DNA of 64,000 bases. Source: an uncultured Candidatus Saccharibacteria bacterium. Lineage in GTDB: Bacteria; Patescibacteriota; Minisyncoccia; Phycocordibacterales; CAZNKJ01. Below, piece after piece: positions 37,942 to 47,474 of this stretch (position 1 is its first letter; each line of letters opens with the position of its first letter). The translations under genes were made by a program, and so were the position numbers. Under the pieces are notes generated by a model. The model ran no database searches. It was not told where the DNA came from and was given only the letters and a program-made list of their open reading frames with translations. The stretch is from NCBI GenBank assembly GCA_964574145.1, contig CAZNKJ010000003.1, forward strand, positions 4,787 to 68,786, in the 5' to 3' direction.

Positions 37942-38319
37942 TTATGTTAGTAAAACTGCTCCAGAAAGGAGGCTGGAGATTAAGATAAGGGAGACACCAA
38001 AATATACTCCTACAATGAATAAAATATTAATAATACCTCGTCCGTAACGTAACCAGTGATAAAGTAGTAATAGAGTATAAATAACGAAGAGAGTTAGTAT
38101 AAGTAGCACACTTCCCCATATCAAACTTTCCGGACTAACTGTAGAAAAGGTTTCTTTTAGATTGAGAGTAAAAGGTGGTGCAAACGTTTTTTCCATATCT
38201 TTATATTGCCACAGGATGCTGAGATAAACTATAAGCGTTGTTAAGATATAAAAAAGCTCCTTTTGTAGATTATTTTCAAATAATTCATTTATACTCAAAG
38301 AGTCTATTGAATGAGACAT
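37942..38319 (-). CDS. Small hypothetical integral membrane protein
   Basis: Three predicted hydrophobic helices. Co-oriented with, and immediately upstream of, the PH-like gene. Confidence 0.4.
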   Translation of the reverse strand: MSHSIDSLSINELFENNLQKELFYILTTLIVYLSILWQYKDMEKTFAPPFTLNLKETFSTVSPESLIWGSVLLILTLFVIYTLLLLYHWLRYGRGIINILFIVGVYFGVSLILISSLLSGAVLLT

Positions 38320-38392
38320 ATATATCTGTTACGGTACAGCATTAAAGTACTGTGTTTTATGTTCACGTAGGTGTTATGAGTAATATAGGAGT

Positions 38393-38863
38393 TTGAATAA
38401 AGATAAACAAGATAAACAAGAGAATACTATGGCAAAACAAGGAAAAAAAATAACTAAGAAAAAAGCGAAAAAGAAACACATATCAAAAAAAGTTTCTGTA
38501 AAACGCTCTAGAGCAGGGCTAGGGCTTTTTATTGAGGAAGATGTACATAAGGGTGAGTTTATTATTGAATATACAGGAGAAATTATTTCTACTGAAGAAT
38601 CTGACAGAAGAGGGGGAAAATATTTATTTGAGCTATCTTCAAAGCGGCGTGTTGATGGTAAAAGCAGAAAGAATTTGGCGCGTTATATCAATCATTCGTG
38701 TCGCCCTAACTGTGATACGGAGGTAAAAGGTAGTCGCATTTTTGTTATGGCACGAAGAAAAATACTTTCTGGTGAAGAATTATCGTATGACTATGGTAAA
38801 GAATATGTTGATGAGCATATAAAACCATTTGGCTGTAAATGTTTGCGTTGTTTAGGGCGATAA
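38393..38863 (+). CDS. SET-domain protein-lysine methyltransferase with a K-rich N-terminus
   Basis: GLGLFIEEDV...EYTGE...NHSCRPNC...ELSYDY and a C-terminal post-SET CKCLRC. The start (TTG or a downstream ATG) is uncertain. Confidence 0.7.
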   Translation: MNKDKQDKQENTMAKQGKKITKKKAKKKHISKKVSVKRSRAGLGLFIEEDVHKGEFIIEYTGEIISTEESDRRGGKYLFELSSKRRVDGKSRKNLARYINHSCRPNCDTEVKGSRIFVMARRKILSGEELSYDYGKEYVDEHIKPFGCKCLRCLGR

Positions 38864-38946
38864 AATTTTAGGCACTCAAACAGAGAGATTAGCTATTCTT
38901 TATAAGAGCCGTGAACCATTCCAAAGAGTGGTATACGCATAGAAAA

Positions 38947-38990
38947 CGGACATCTGGTAATAGATGTCCGATTTATTGCTTTTATTTTTT
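38947..38990 (+). terminator. Rho-independent terminator after the SET gene
   Basis: CGGACATCT-loop-AGATGTCCG followed by a T-rich tract. Confidence 0.6.
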
Positions 38991-39140
38991 TATAATAAAG
39001 GTAGAGATACAATCTATCTCTCCTAAATTAATTATTTTCTAAAGTTATGTGTGTCGTACATTTGTAGACTATAAGAAATTACAAAAACAGACACTATTTT
39101 TTCATAGAGTCGTTGTCGTGATCGTTTTATATAAAACCGT

Positions 39141-39259
39141 TTATTTACGTTTTTTGCTGGCTTTTTTAGCCAACATTGCATTTTTTACAGCGAGCCGTTT
39201 TTTGGTTTTATGTGAACGAGATGTTTTCATTTTTCCCACCCCTGTACTTCTTTTTGCCA
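39141..39259 (-). CDS. Possible 39-aa highly basic protein (ribosomal-protein-like composition)
   Basis: MAKRSTGVGKMKTSRSHKTKKRLAVKNAMLAKKASKKRK. A TATAAT sits just upstream. Not in the ORF track (<60 aa). Weak resemblance to the bL28/bL34 RSH-TKKR region. Confidence 0.2.
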
Positions 39260-39345
39260 TATGTATGATTATACACTATTAAATCATCTAAAAGATATTA
39301 TTTTTACATCGTTTAATGTGAGATCTCTATTTTATTATGTCGGAA

Positions 39346-39390
39346 TAGATTTCAGTATATAGTCAAAGTTTGACTATATACTGAAATCTA
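39346..39390. promoter_or_regulatory. Perfect 22-bp inverted repeat (45-bp palindrome) upstream of typA
   Basis: TAGATTTCAGTATATAGTCAAA, a single G, then TTTGACTATATACTGAAATCTA. Confidence 0.6.
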
Positions 39391-39466
39391 TGGTATTTTA
39401 TAGGTTCTGGCGCGCTAGCTCAGCGTGCCTTTTATCTTGTTTTTAAAAAGATATTTTAAAATAACT

Positions 39467-41248
39467 ATGGAAATTAGGAACATCGCTATTATTGCTCACG
39501 TTGATCACGGAAAAACAACCTTGACGGATGGGATTATGCGTCAGACAGGTATGTTTGATGAAGGCATGAGTATGGACACAAACGTTCTTGAACAGGAACG
39601 CGGTATTACTATTTATGCAAAAAATACCACTGCTTATTATAAAGATACGAAAATAAATATTATAGACACACCAGGGCACGCTGATTTTGGTTCAGAAGTA
39701 GAGCGCGTATTGCGTTCCATTGATTCGGTGCTTTTAGTGGTTGATGCACAAGAGGGACCTATGCCTCAGACACGTTTTGTTCTTAAAAAGTCACTAGAGC
39801 TAGGGCTCAAACCAATAGTTGTTTTAAATAAAATTGACAAGCCAGCCGCTAACCCTGAACGTGCAGAAGAGCAGGTGTTAGAACTTTTTATGGAACTTGG
39901 AGCAAATGAAGAACAGCTTGATTTCACCACAGTATATGCGATAGGCCGTGATGGTATAGCAAAGAAAAAACTTGAAGATGACTCCAGTGATCTTTCACCT
40001 CTTCTTGATATTATTCTTGAGAAGGTTCCTATTGCCAGCGGAAGCTCATCTGCTCCGTTGAAAGCTCAGGTCTTTAATTTAGGCTATGATAATTTCCTAG
40101 GAAGATTGGCTGTTGTGCGTGTATATGACGGAAAGTTAAAGTCTGGGAATAATGTGTATGTGAAGAAGCCAGACGGAGAAATCCGGTCTGGGAAAATCAC
40201 TAAGATTTTTAGTTTTAGGGGGGTAAGTCGTGAAGAGATTACCGAAGCTGAAGTGGGGGATATTGTTTTAGTTGCTGGTTTTCCAGATATTTATATAGGA
40301 GAAACTATCATTGATATTGAAACAACAGAACCTTTCTCGGCCATTGTTATTGATGAGCCAACGATCACTCTTGATTTCTTAGTTAATGACTCTCCTTTTG
40401 CAGGACGAGTTGGTAAGTACGTAACAGGACGTCAAATAGGTGAACGTCTTGAGAAAGAGCTTGAGGTTAATGTTGGTCTTCAGGTAGATCTTTCGGGTAA
40501 TGCCCCTTTTAAAGTTGCGGGTCGTGGAGAATTACATATTGCTATTTTACTTGAGAACATGAGGCGTGAAGGGTATGAGTTACAAGTTTCTCAGCCACAG
40601 ATTATTGTTAAAGAGGTGGAAGGTGTAAAGATGGAACCTTTTGAGGAGGTCATTGTTGATATACCAAGTGAATTCCAAGGTGCCGTTATAGAACGTCTTG
40701 GAAACCGCAAGGCATTACTTCAAAATGTTGTCCAGCATGACAATATAATTCGTCTTACTTTTGAGATTCCTACACGAGGTCTCTTAGGGTATAGAGGTCA
40801 ATTTATGATAGAGACAAAAGGAGAAGGTATTTTGTCTAGCCGTGTTATTGGTTTTAAGGCCCATGCAGGAGAAATTGAGAAAAGACAAACTGGGTCTATG
40901 ACCTCTATGGTTTCTGGAAAAGCGCTTGGTTTTTCTCTTGCTAATCTTCAGGATAGAGGAGAGCTCTATATAGGAGCAAATACTGAGGTGTATGAAGGTA
41001 TGGTAATAGGTAATACGTCAAAAGGTAATGAAATGGTTGTTAATCCTATAAAAGGAAAACAGCTTACAAACATGAGAGCGTCTGGGTCTGATGATAATAT
41101 TAAACTAGTGCCTCCCAAAGAAATAACTATAGAGAGTGGTCTAGAAATAGTATCCCACGACGAGTATCTGGAAGTTACTCCTGACAGTGTCCGCCTGCGT
41201 AAAAAAAGTCTCACAGAAAATGAGCGAGTAAAGGGGAAGCGAGTCTAA
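39467..41248 (+). CDS. typA: Translational GTPase TypA/BipA
   Basis: [15 protein letters not shown]1 motif and BipA domain order. Start taken at MEIRN. Confidence 0.9.
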   Translation: MEIRNIAIIAHVDHGKTTLTDGIMRQTGMFDEGMSMDTNVLEQERGITIYAKNTTAYYKDTKINIIDTPGHADFGSEVERVLRSIDSVLLVVDAQEGPMPQTRFVLKKSLELGLKPIVVLNKIDKPAANPERAEEQVLELFMELGANEEQLDFTTVYAIGRDGIAKKKLEDDSSDLSPLLDIILEKVPIASGSSSAPLKAQVFNLGYDNFLGRLAVVRVYDGKLKSGNNVYVKKPDGEIRSGKITKIFSFRGVSREEITEAEVGDIVLVAGFPDIYIGETIIDIETTEPFSAIVIDEPTITLDFLVNDSPFAGRVGKYVTGRQIGERLEKELEVNVGLQVDLSGNAPFKVAGRGELHIAILLENMRREGYELQVSQPQIIVKEVEGVKMEPFEEVIVDIPSEFQGAVIERLGNRKALLQNVVQHDNIIRLTFEIPTRGLLGYRGQFMIETKGEGILSSRVIGFKAHAGEIEKRQTGSMTSMVSGKALGFSLANLQDRGELYIGANTEVYEGMVIGNTSKGNEMVVNPIKGKQLTNMRASGSDDNIKLVPPKEITIESGLEIVSHDEYLEVTPDSVRLRKKSLTENERVKGKRV

Positions 41249-41427
41249 AAAAAGTTTCTATAGGTTTCTTGGTTGTGTATTTGAGTGGTATTTAGGTATC
41301 TGCGTTTTTGGAATTTTTTATAAACGCATATTTACCACCTCCGATGTGAGGAGTACACTATATAGAGTTTGGAAGGAAAACAATGGCTAGTTTTTAAAAT
41401 ATTAGACTTACTCTACTTAGTTTTTTT

Positions 41428-42009
41428 ATGAAGAAAATTTTATCATCGGCTTTGTACATATTAACGTTTGTTGTATATGTTGTTACTCGCGCTTTCTCGT
41501 CTACATTACCGGTAAGTTCTAACATATCAGAGGTTGTGTCTGTGCCAGACTCTATAATCATTTACGACTCAACTGTAAAAAAGCGGACAGCTATCCCAAA
41601 TACCCCAGCGTTTAGAGTAGAGGTTGTTAAGTCAGGTAAAACAAAAGATAAGGTTACCAAAACATCTTCCGTGTTAGTGAAACCGGAGACTATTATACAG
41701 TCTACTCCACCGCAGATGCACAAAGGAGTCTATTTGGATGGTATTTATACTGGTTCGTTAGCTGACGCTTACTATGAAAAATTTCAAGTACGAGTAGAAA
41801 TTAAAAATGGTGTAATTGCAAAAGTTTACCCACTGCCATACAAGCAAAACAATAATACTTCTAGGTACATCAATGGTTATGCCATGCCAGTCCTCCGTTC
41901 CGAGGCGCTTACAGCACAAAGCGCAAATGTAGATATTATTTCTGGCGCAACAGAAACGAGCAGGGCTTTTCGTACATCTCTTACCTCTGCTTTACTGAAA
42001 GCCTCATAG
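41428..42009 (+). CDS. Secreted FMN-binding domain protein (flavinylation substrate)
   Basis: Signal peptide. FMN_bind-type domain with the flavinylation motif DIISGATETS near the C-terminus. Confidence 0.65.
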   Translation: MKKILSSALYILTFVVYVVTRAFSSTLPVSSNISEVVSVPDSIIIYDSTVKKRTAIPNTPAFRVEVVKSGKTKDKVTKTSSVLVKPETIIQSTPPQMHKGVYLDGIYTGSLADAYYEKFQVRVEIKNGVIAKVYPLPYKQNNNTSRYINGYAMPVLRSEALTAQSANVDIISGATETSRAFRTSLTSALLKAS

Positions 42010-42014
42010 CTGAC

Positions 42015-42770
42015 ATGAAAAGATTCAAAGACACACGAGACATTATGGGTATGCCGATTTCGGTTGAGATTGTTGGTTTGTATGCAACTCGTTCTATTCT
42101 TGACGAAGTATTTGCACATTTTACTCATATAGATAAAGTTTTTAGTACATATAAAGCGGAGAGTGAAGTGTCTCGCATAAATCGTGGTGAGCTAATGCTT
42201 GAGAATGCTAGCGATGAAGTGAGAGGAGTTTATAAAGCCGCGGAAGAAACCTGTAAAGAAACAGGTGGATATTTTAACCACTGTACCCCTGATGGGTCTG
42301 TGGACCCGTCAGGAATCGTAAAAGGTTTATCTATACAACAAGCAGCAGATCTTTTGAAGAGTCGTAATATCGAGAATTTTTGTATAGATGCGGGTGGTGA
42401 TATCCAAACCGGAGGAGTTAACGCAAAAGGTGAGCAATGGTCTGTTGGTATTAGACATCCATTTGAGTTAGATAAAATAGTGAAAATCATATATCCGCAT
42501 GGCAAAGGGGTTGCAACCTCAGGTACATATATACGTGGCGAGCATATCTATGATCCGACCACAGGTTTTCCAGTGAAGACTCCTTTTGTTAGTTTGACCG
42601 TAGTTGGTTCGGGTATCTATGATGCAGATCGTTTTGCTACCACAGCATTTGCTATGGGTAAACGAGGTGTGGAGTACATAGAGTCATTAACGGGGTACGA
42701 AGGATATGCCATTACCCGTGAAGGGGAGACGAGTCTTACTAGCAATTTTAATTATTACACCAAATTATGA
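42015..42770 (+). CDS. apbE: ApbE-family FAD:protein FMN transferase
   Basis: MGMPISVEIVG...YKAESEVSRIN and ApbE core motifs. Shorter than typical (251 aa). Confidence 0.75.
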   Translation: MKRFKDTRDIMGMPISVEIVGLYATRSILDEVFAHFTHIDKVFSTYKAESEVSRINRGELMLENASDEVRGVYKAAEETCKETGGYFNHCTPDGSVDPSGIVKGLSIQQAADLLKSRNIENFCIDAGGDIQTGGVNAKGEQWSVGIRHPFELDKIVKIIYPHGKGVATSGTYIRGEHIYDPTTGFPVKTPFVSLTVVGSGIYDADRFATTAFAMGKRGVEYIESLTGYEGYAITREGETSLTSNFNYYTKL

Positions 42771-44278
42771 ATATAGTAGATCGTTTTTTAAATCGTATCA
42801 CTATGTATCGGCTGGTGTTGTATGTGCTGATATCTTTTTTGGTTTTTGCAGGAGTAGTAAGTATTTTCGGATTTCTTTCTTTTTCTCCAATTTATTTAGC
42901 GTGGTCAGTGGCCCTTATTTTAGTCATCTCTTTGGTAAGTAATATTATTTTTGCAAAGATATTTGACGCACCGTGCAATTCGGAATCAACATATATCTCA
43001 GCTCTCATTCTCGCCCTCATTCTTGCCCCACCGACTTCGTTCGTAGATCTTAATTTTTTGTCATTAGTCTTTTGGGCTGCTACATGGGCTGTTGCCTCAA
43101 AGTATATATTTGCTATTGGCAACAAACATCTCTTCAACCCAGCGGCGTTTGGTGTTGTTATGACAGCCTTTTTTCTTACACAGTCGGCAGTTTGGTGGAT
43201 AGGTACCAGTATAATGATGCCGGTTGTTCTTATTGGAGGACTGCTTGTGGTTCGTAAAATTAGACGTTTTGACCTGGTACTTTCTTTTCTTGCGGTTTCT
43301 TCCCTTGTGATTATGGTACCAGCTCTTGTTTATGATGTTGGAATCACAGCAAGTATTATGCGTGCTTTTGTGTATGTACCAACAATATTTCTAGCGACTA
43401 TTATGCTCACTGAGCCTTTAACAACTCCGCCAACACGAATAAAGCGTATTTTCTATGGTGCTGGTGTAGGACTACTCTTTTTCCCTGGATTTCATATTTT
43501 TAGTTTATACATTACTCCCGAGATAGCGCTTCTGGCTGGCAACTTATTTGCCTATATCATAAGTTCTAAAGTTAAACTTATCTTAACTCTTGTCGATCGT
43601 ATAAAATTGGCTCCCAATGTATATGAATTTGTCTTTACACCTAATCGCAGCCTAGCATTCTCATCCGGACAATATCTCGAGTGGACGCTAGCGCACAAAG
43701 CATATGATTCTCGCGGAATTCGGCGACATTTTACTATAGCCTCAGCTCCCACGGATAATACTATACGTCTTGGTGTAAAATTTTACACACCAGCAAGTTC
43801 GTTCAAAAAAACCTTGATGTCTTTGCGTCGAGGAAACACGTTGGTAGCCTCGCAACTTTCAGGGGATTTTGTTATGCCAAAAGATAAAAACAAAAAACTC
43901 GTATTTATTGCTGGCGGTATAGGTATAACTCCGTTTATAAGTATGATACGTGGTCTTAAAGATACTAATAAGTTTCGTGACATTGTACTTCTTTATGCAA
44001 ATAAGATGTCAAAAGATACTGCTTATCAAGATATATTGGAAACTTCGTCAGCGAATGGGGTGCGTACAGTGTATGCTTTTGAGAATGAGCCGGAAGTTTC
44101 AGGCGGAATAGCTACTATTAACGCAGACGTTATCCGCGAGCAAGTGCCAGATTTCTTAGAACGAATCTTTTACATATCTGGACCACATGGCATGGTGGTA
44201 GGAATAGGGCGTGTATTGCGGGAGATGGGAGTTCCTTCGTCACATGTCAATTCCGATTATTTTCCAGGTTTTGCTTAA
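42767..44278 (+). CDS. Membrane protein with an N-terminal polytopic domain fused to an FNR-like FAD/NAD(P)-binding reductase
   Basis: ~8 predicted TM helices, then RRHFTIAS (RxYS-type FAD motif) and GGIGITP (NAD-binding). 4-nt overlap with apbE. Confidence 0.7.
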   Translation: MNIVDRFLNRITMYRLVLYVLISFLVFAGVVSIFGFLSFSPIYLAWSVALILVISLVSNIIFAKIFDAPCNSESTYISALILALILAPPTSFVDLNFLSLVFWAATWAVASKYIFAIGNKHLFNPAAFGVVMTAFFLTQSAVWWIGTSIMMPVVLIGGLLVVRKIRRFDLVLSFLAVSSLVIMVPALVYDVGITASIMRAFVYVPTIFLATIMLTEPLTTPPTRIKRIFYGAGVGLLFFPGFHIFSLYITPEIALLAGNLFAYIISSKVKLILTLVDRIKLAPNVYEFVFTPNRSLAFSSGQYLEWTLAHKAYDSRGIRRHFTIASAPTDNTIRLGVKFYTPASSFKKTLMSLRRGNTLVASQLSGDFVMPKDKNKKLVFIAGGIGITPFISMIRGLKDTNKFRDIVLLYANKMSKDTAYQDILETSSANGVRTVYAFENEPEVSGGIATINADVIREQVPDFLERIFYISGPHGMVVGIGRVLREMGVPSSHVNSDYFPGFA

Positions 44279-44534
44279 GTTACTAGTAGATTCTAAGTAA
44301 AATTATCCACAATGTGTTTTACATCGTTATATGGTAGACATAGTAATAGTGGTTCTTAAATAACATAGCCATACTGATAAAACCATCTAGGGTGGCTGAA
44401 GACGATACTTGAATTTCAAGCAGAAGAAGGTCCTTTGGTAGAGGAATTAAAATAAATCTTGGGAGATGTGTCAGGTGAAGACAAGAAATGACCACAGCTC
44501 AAGATAGTCACTTGGAAAGAAAGGATGTTTTGTT

Positions 44535-45008
44535 ATGGAGATACATGCTAGCGAGTCTTTTTGTCAAAAAAACAACATAGTCTCATATCGGGCATTATTT
44601 TTCTTTGTGGTTTTTTTACTCGGAGTTTTGCCCACTCCTGTCAATGCAGAAAAACAACAAAGGAAATTTGTTAAGAATGAAATTATTTACATAACTGCGC
44701 TTTCTTGTGACACACAAGAGCAGGTAGAAGATATTTTTTCTACCTTAGTTATTTATGGGCGGAATGTTGGACGGAAGAAGTATCTTGAGTATGTTCAAAA
44801 AATAAATAAAGAAGGATTACCGTCATGTAGTTATTCTCATTTTTATGCAAAAGTACTTGAAAAAGTTTCACTTTTTCTGGATGTGGAGTTAGCAGATGGC
44901 GTCATAAGTGATGTTTATATTCTTAAAATACAAACATCTGACGGTAGAGAACTCTATACATCAGCATCGAGGGATGTCATAGAATATTCAAAAGACGATT
45001 CTATTTAG
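44535..45008 (+). CDS. Hypothetical secreted protein
   Basis: Hydrophobic signal-like segment FFFVVFLLGVLPTPVNA. No recognisable domain. Confidence 0.4.
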   Translation: MEIHASESFCQKNNIVSYRALFFFVVFLLGVLPTPVNAEKQQRKFVKNEIIYITALSCDTQEQVEDIFSTLVIYGRNVGRKKYLEYVQKINKEGLPSCSYSHFYAKVLEKVSLFLDVELADGVISDVYILKIQTSDGRELYTSASRDVIEYSKDDSI

Positions 45009-45056
45009 AAAGCTTTTACTATTTTATTACAACTCTACAAAGCTCGTTGTCAGTAA

Positions 45057-45083
45057 AGAGAGGTAATTTTTTTTTACCTCTCT
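45057..45083 (+). terminator. Rho-independent terminator
   Basis: AGAGAGGTA-TTTTTTTT-TACCTCTCT. A second 18-bp-stem hairpin at 45102-45139 probably serves the convergent GNAT gene. Confidence 0.6.
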
Positions 45084-45288
45084 TTCTAATTTTATTGAGA
45101 ATTTTCCGTTGTCTGCCGTAGGCAGACAACGGAAAATTTGTAAGTTGTGCTAATTGACTCTACGTTTTAATCTTGCTTAGATCTCTCAAATAGAAGGGAA
45201 GTAATACAAGAATTTACTACAAATACTCATCTAGTTTAAAACAGCCAGTGCATGAAAATGCACTGGCTGGAAGTTCTTACAGTTTTTC

Positions 45289-45855
45289 TTATGACTTTTT
45301 ATATTTTCTCCAAAGAGGTAAGAAATCTTCTTTGAAAACTGCCATCAGGATTTCATCCCAGTATTGACCGTTTATATAATATTGTTTTGATCTACTTCCT
45401 TCTTCAACATAACCGCATTTTAGAAGGTATGAGTGACTACGCTTATTGAATGCCAAAACGGTTGAGCAGATTTTACGTAGATTTAGGACATTGAAAGCGT
45501 AGTTAAGCATTAACATCTTTGCTTCGGTCCCGTAGCCCTTACCCCAATAGTCTTTTTCACCAATGAGTGCTCCTGTATTTGCTGTTCGGTTTTTCCAATC
45601 AATGTTGTGTATACCCATGGTCCCGATAGGTTTTTCGTCAACAACTATCATCAAGACAAGATTTTGGATTTCCTTGTGTAGATTGTTAAACCACTCGTTC
45701 TCGTTCGCCTCCATCATAGGAAGATAAATGCTGAGAAATTGAGTTACATCAGGGTCATTGATCCATAGGAGAAGAAGAGAAACATCTTCTTTCACAAGTG
45801 GACGAAGCACAACTCTTTTGCCTTTTAAGAATACTATAGATCGTTGGTCAGTCAT
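45289..45855 (-). CDS. GNAT family N-acetyltransferase (RimJ/RimL-like)
   Basis: VVLRPLVKEDV...GKGYGTEAKMLMLNYAF acetyl-CoA-binding pattern. Confidence 0.7.
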   Translation of the reverse strand: MTDQRSIVFLKGKRVVLRPLVKEDVSLLLLWINDPDVTQFLSIYLPMMEANENEWFNNLHKEIQNLVLMIVVDEKPIGTMGIHNIDWKNRTANTGALIGEKDYWGKGYGTEAKMLMLNYAFNVLNLRKICSTVLAFNKRSHSYLLKCGYVEEGSRSKQYYINGQYWDEILMAVFKEDFLPLWRKYKKS

Positions 45856-46081
45856 TACTGTCTCCTTTTGTTTATAAAAGAACTATCCGCTGAATAAAAA
45901 ACTCGGCTTTCTTTCAGCCGAGAGTGTTCTAAATAAAAGAGGTATTTGTTTATTTATGAGAATGTAAAACTATCTCGGCTGAATAAAAATATGCGTGGCA
46001 CAAATGTGTCTATAGACCCACATATTGATGTGTTCATAACGTTTTTATTTAGCTTTTGATATTTCCGTTGCATAAGTACAA

Positions 46082-46235
46082 TATGACATATTTACTATAT
46101 TAGTCAATCAGTTTGGATATTCAAAAATTTGGAAGGCTGTTTTGTTTGACTCCGTACACCAAACAGGTTCAGAGCTCTAGATTGGTTAAATATAAAAAGA
46201 GAAGTTGGAGATTTGGGGTTTTTATTATTTAAAGA
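46082..46235. repeat. Dispersed repeat family, copy R1
   Basis: Core GACTCCGTACACCAAACAGGTTCAGAGCTCTAGATTGG plus a shared 5' flank ATGACATATTTACTAT and a 3' TTTTTATTATTTAAA. Confidence 0.7.
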
Positions 46236-46253
46236 GAGATTTTTGCTAAAAAT

Positions 46254-46284
46254 AAAAACACCCAAAGGGTGTTTTTATTTTAAA
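46254..46284. terminator. Bidirectional intrinsic terminator downstream of csp
   Basis: AAAAACACCC-AAA-GGGTGTTTTT flanked by A/T runs on both sides. Confidence 0.65.
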
Positions 46285-46286
46285 AG

Positions 46287-46487
46287 TTAGACTTTGCTAA
46301 CTTTCAATGCGTTTGGTCCTTTATCGCTTTCGCCGATTTCAAAGGTTACTTTGTCTCCTTCACGTAAGTCATTGAAGTCTACTCCCTGAAGTTCGTTTGA
46401 ATGGAAAAAAAGATCTTTCTCCTCTCCTTCTCTAGAGATAAAACCAAAGCCTTTGTCAGTAAGACTGGCAATTGTTCCTTCTGTCAT
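46287..46487 (-). CDS. cspA: Cold-shock protein (CspA family)
   Basis: GTIASLTDKGFGFI...FFHSNEL cold-shock-domain RNP motifs. 66-aa form starting at MTEGT. Confidence 0.85.
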   Translation of the reverse strand: MTEGTIASLTDKGFGFISREGEEKDLFFHSNELQGVDFNDLREGDKVTFEIGESDKGPNALKVSKV

Positions 46488-46576
46488 TGTTGATATATTA
46501 TTTTGTTTAACAATCAAGACACAGCCTTGTGTAAAACTCGACCACTTTTCCTATGGCTCTGGTCCTGTAGTACAAA

Positions 46577-46680
46577 TATGTCATATTGTATTAATATTGT
46601 CAACGTTTGCTCCGCACAATGAGCTTCCTTAGAACTTCAATTCTGGAAATAGATCAGTTTGAATTGGTGTGTATTCAAAA
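46577..46680. repeat. Dispersed repeat family, copy R0 (divergent)
   Basis: ATGTCATATTGTATTAATATTGTCAACGTTTGCTCCGCACAATGAGC...TTTGAATTGG resembles R1-R5. Confidence 0.5.
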
Positions 46681-46715
46681 CTACTGGAATGGGTTTTACA
46701 GTGAAAGTACCAAAA

Positions 46716-47189
46716 TTATTTCTTCTCCCAACCAACATAATCTTTAAGTAACTCCGTACATTCTTCCCTTAAAATGCCGCCAGTGACTGACATACTATTT
46801 CCTCCAACCGTGTGCATGTTTTTGGAAGCTTCTTCTGAGCTCCAATTGTCAATTTCATAGTTATTGCCTAGGACGTCCTCACGATAAGCTCCAAAGTATA
46901 CTTCTGAAAGGTTAGCCCATGCAGCTGTACTCATACACATACCACAAGGCTCTAGTGTTCCGTATAAAATATAACCTTCCAAGTCTGTATCATTTAATTT
47001 TTTACAGGCACTCCTAATACAATTGGATTCCCCGTGCCCTGAAGGATCTTTATCAGGCCAAACAGAACTTTCTCCTGTGGCTACAATTTCACCATCTTTT
47101 ACAAGAATGGCTCCAATTGGCATGCCATTATTTTGTTCAGATTCCTTAGCAATTTCAATTGCTTTATGCATACATTCTTCGCGTGTCAT
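46716..47189 (-). CDS. CMP/dCMP-type zinc deaminase (TadA/guanine deaminase family)
   Basis: HGE and PCGMC zinc-ligand motifs of the cytidine-deaminase fold. Confidence 0.7.
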   Translation of the reverse strand: MTREECMHKAIEIAKESEQNNGMPIGAILVKDGEIVATGESSVWPDKDPSGHGESNCIRSACKKLNDTDLEGYILYGTLEPCGMCMSTAAWANLSEVYFGAYREDVLGNNYEIDNWSSEEASKNMHTVGGNSMSVTGGILREECTELLKDYVGWEKK

Positions 47190-47322
47190 ATATAAATTAT
47201 ATCAGAAACTCTATTTCTAATATACAAACGACCCACTGACGTAGGTGGGTCGTTTGCCACCAAATTTGTCTGCTCTAAGGGCTAGATTCTAGCTCATTTA
47301 GTGTAGTATTATTTTGCCTCGT

Positions 47323-47347
47323 GGAAAACGGCGGTGGGATTCGAACT
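47323..47347 (-). other. tRNA 3'-end fragment (T-loop, T-stem, acceptor strand, CCA) with no cognate 5' half: likely att-site remnant
   Basis: Minus strand reads GTTCGAATCCCACCGCCGTTTTCCA. No complementary 5' acceptor strand occurs within 80 nt. Sits exactly where composition shifts to higher GC. Confidence 0.5.
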
Positions 47348-47474
47348 TACTAGAAGCGCTCTATCTTAAGCATATAATTTATGATATCGTAGCGACAGAA
47401 GCACCTTTAGGGGTGCCTTTTTGTTTTTTTGACAATTTTCATTTTTTAACCAAGCAAGCTAGGAGGGAATCCTC

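Noticed and set aside
39049-39282. 77-aa plus-strand ORF in the SET-typA intergenic region.
   Set aside because: Hydrophobic low-complexity translation. Overlaps the more plausible minus-strand basic ORF and a promoter-like TATAAT. No RBS.
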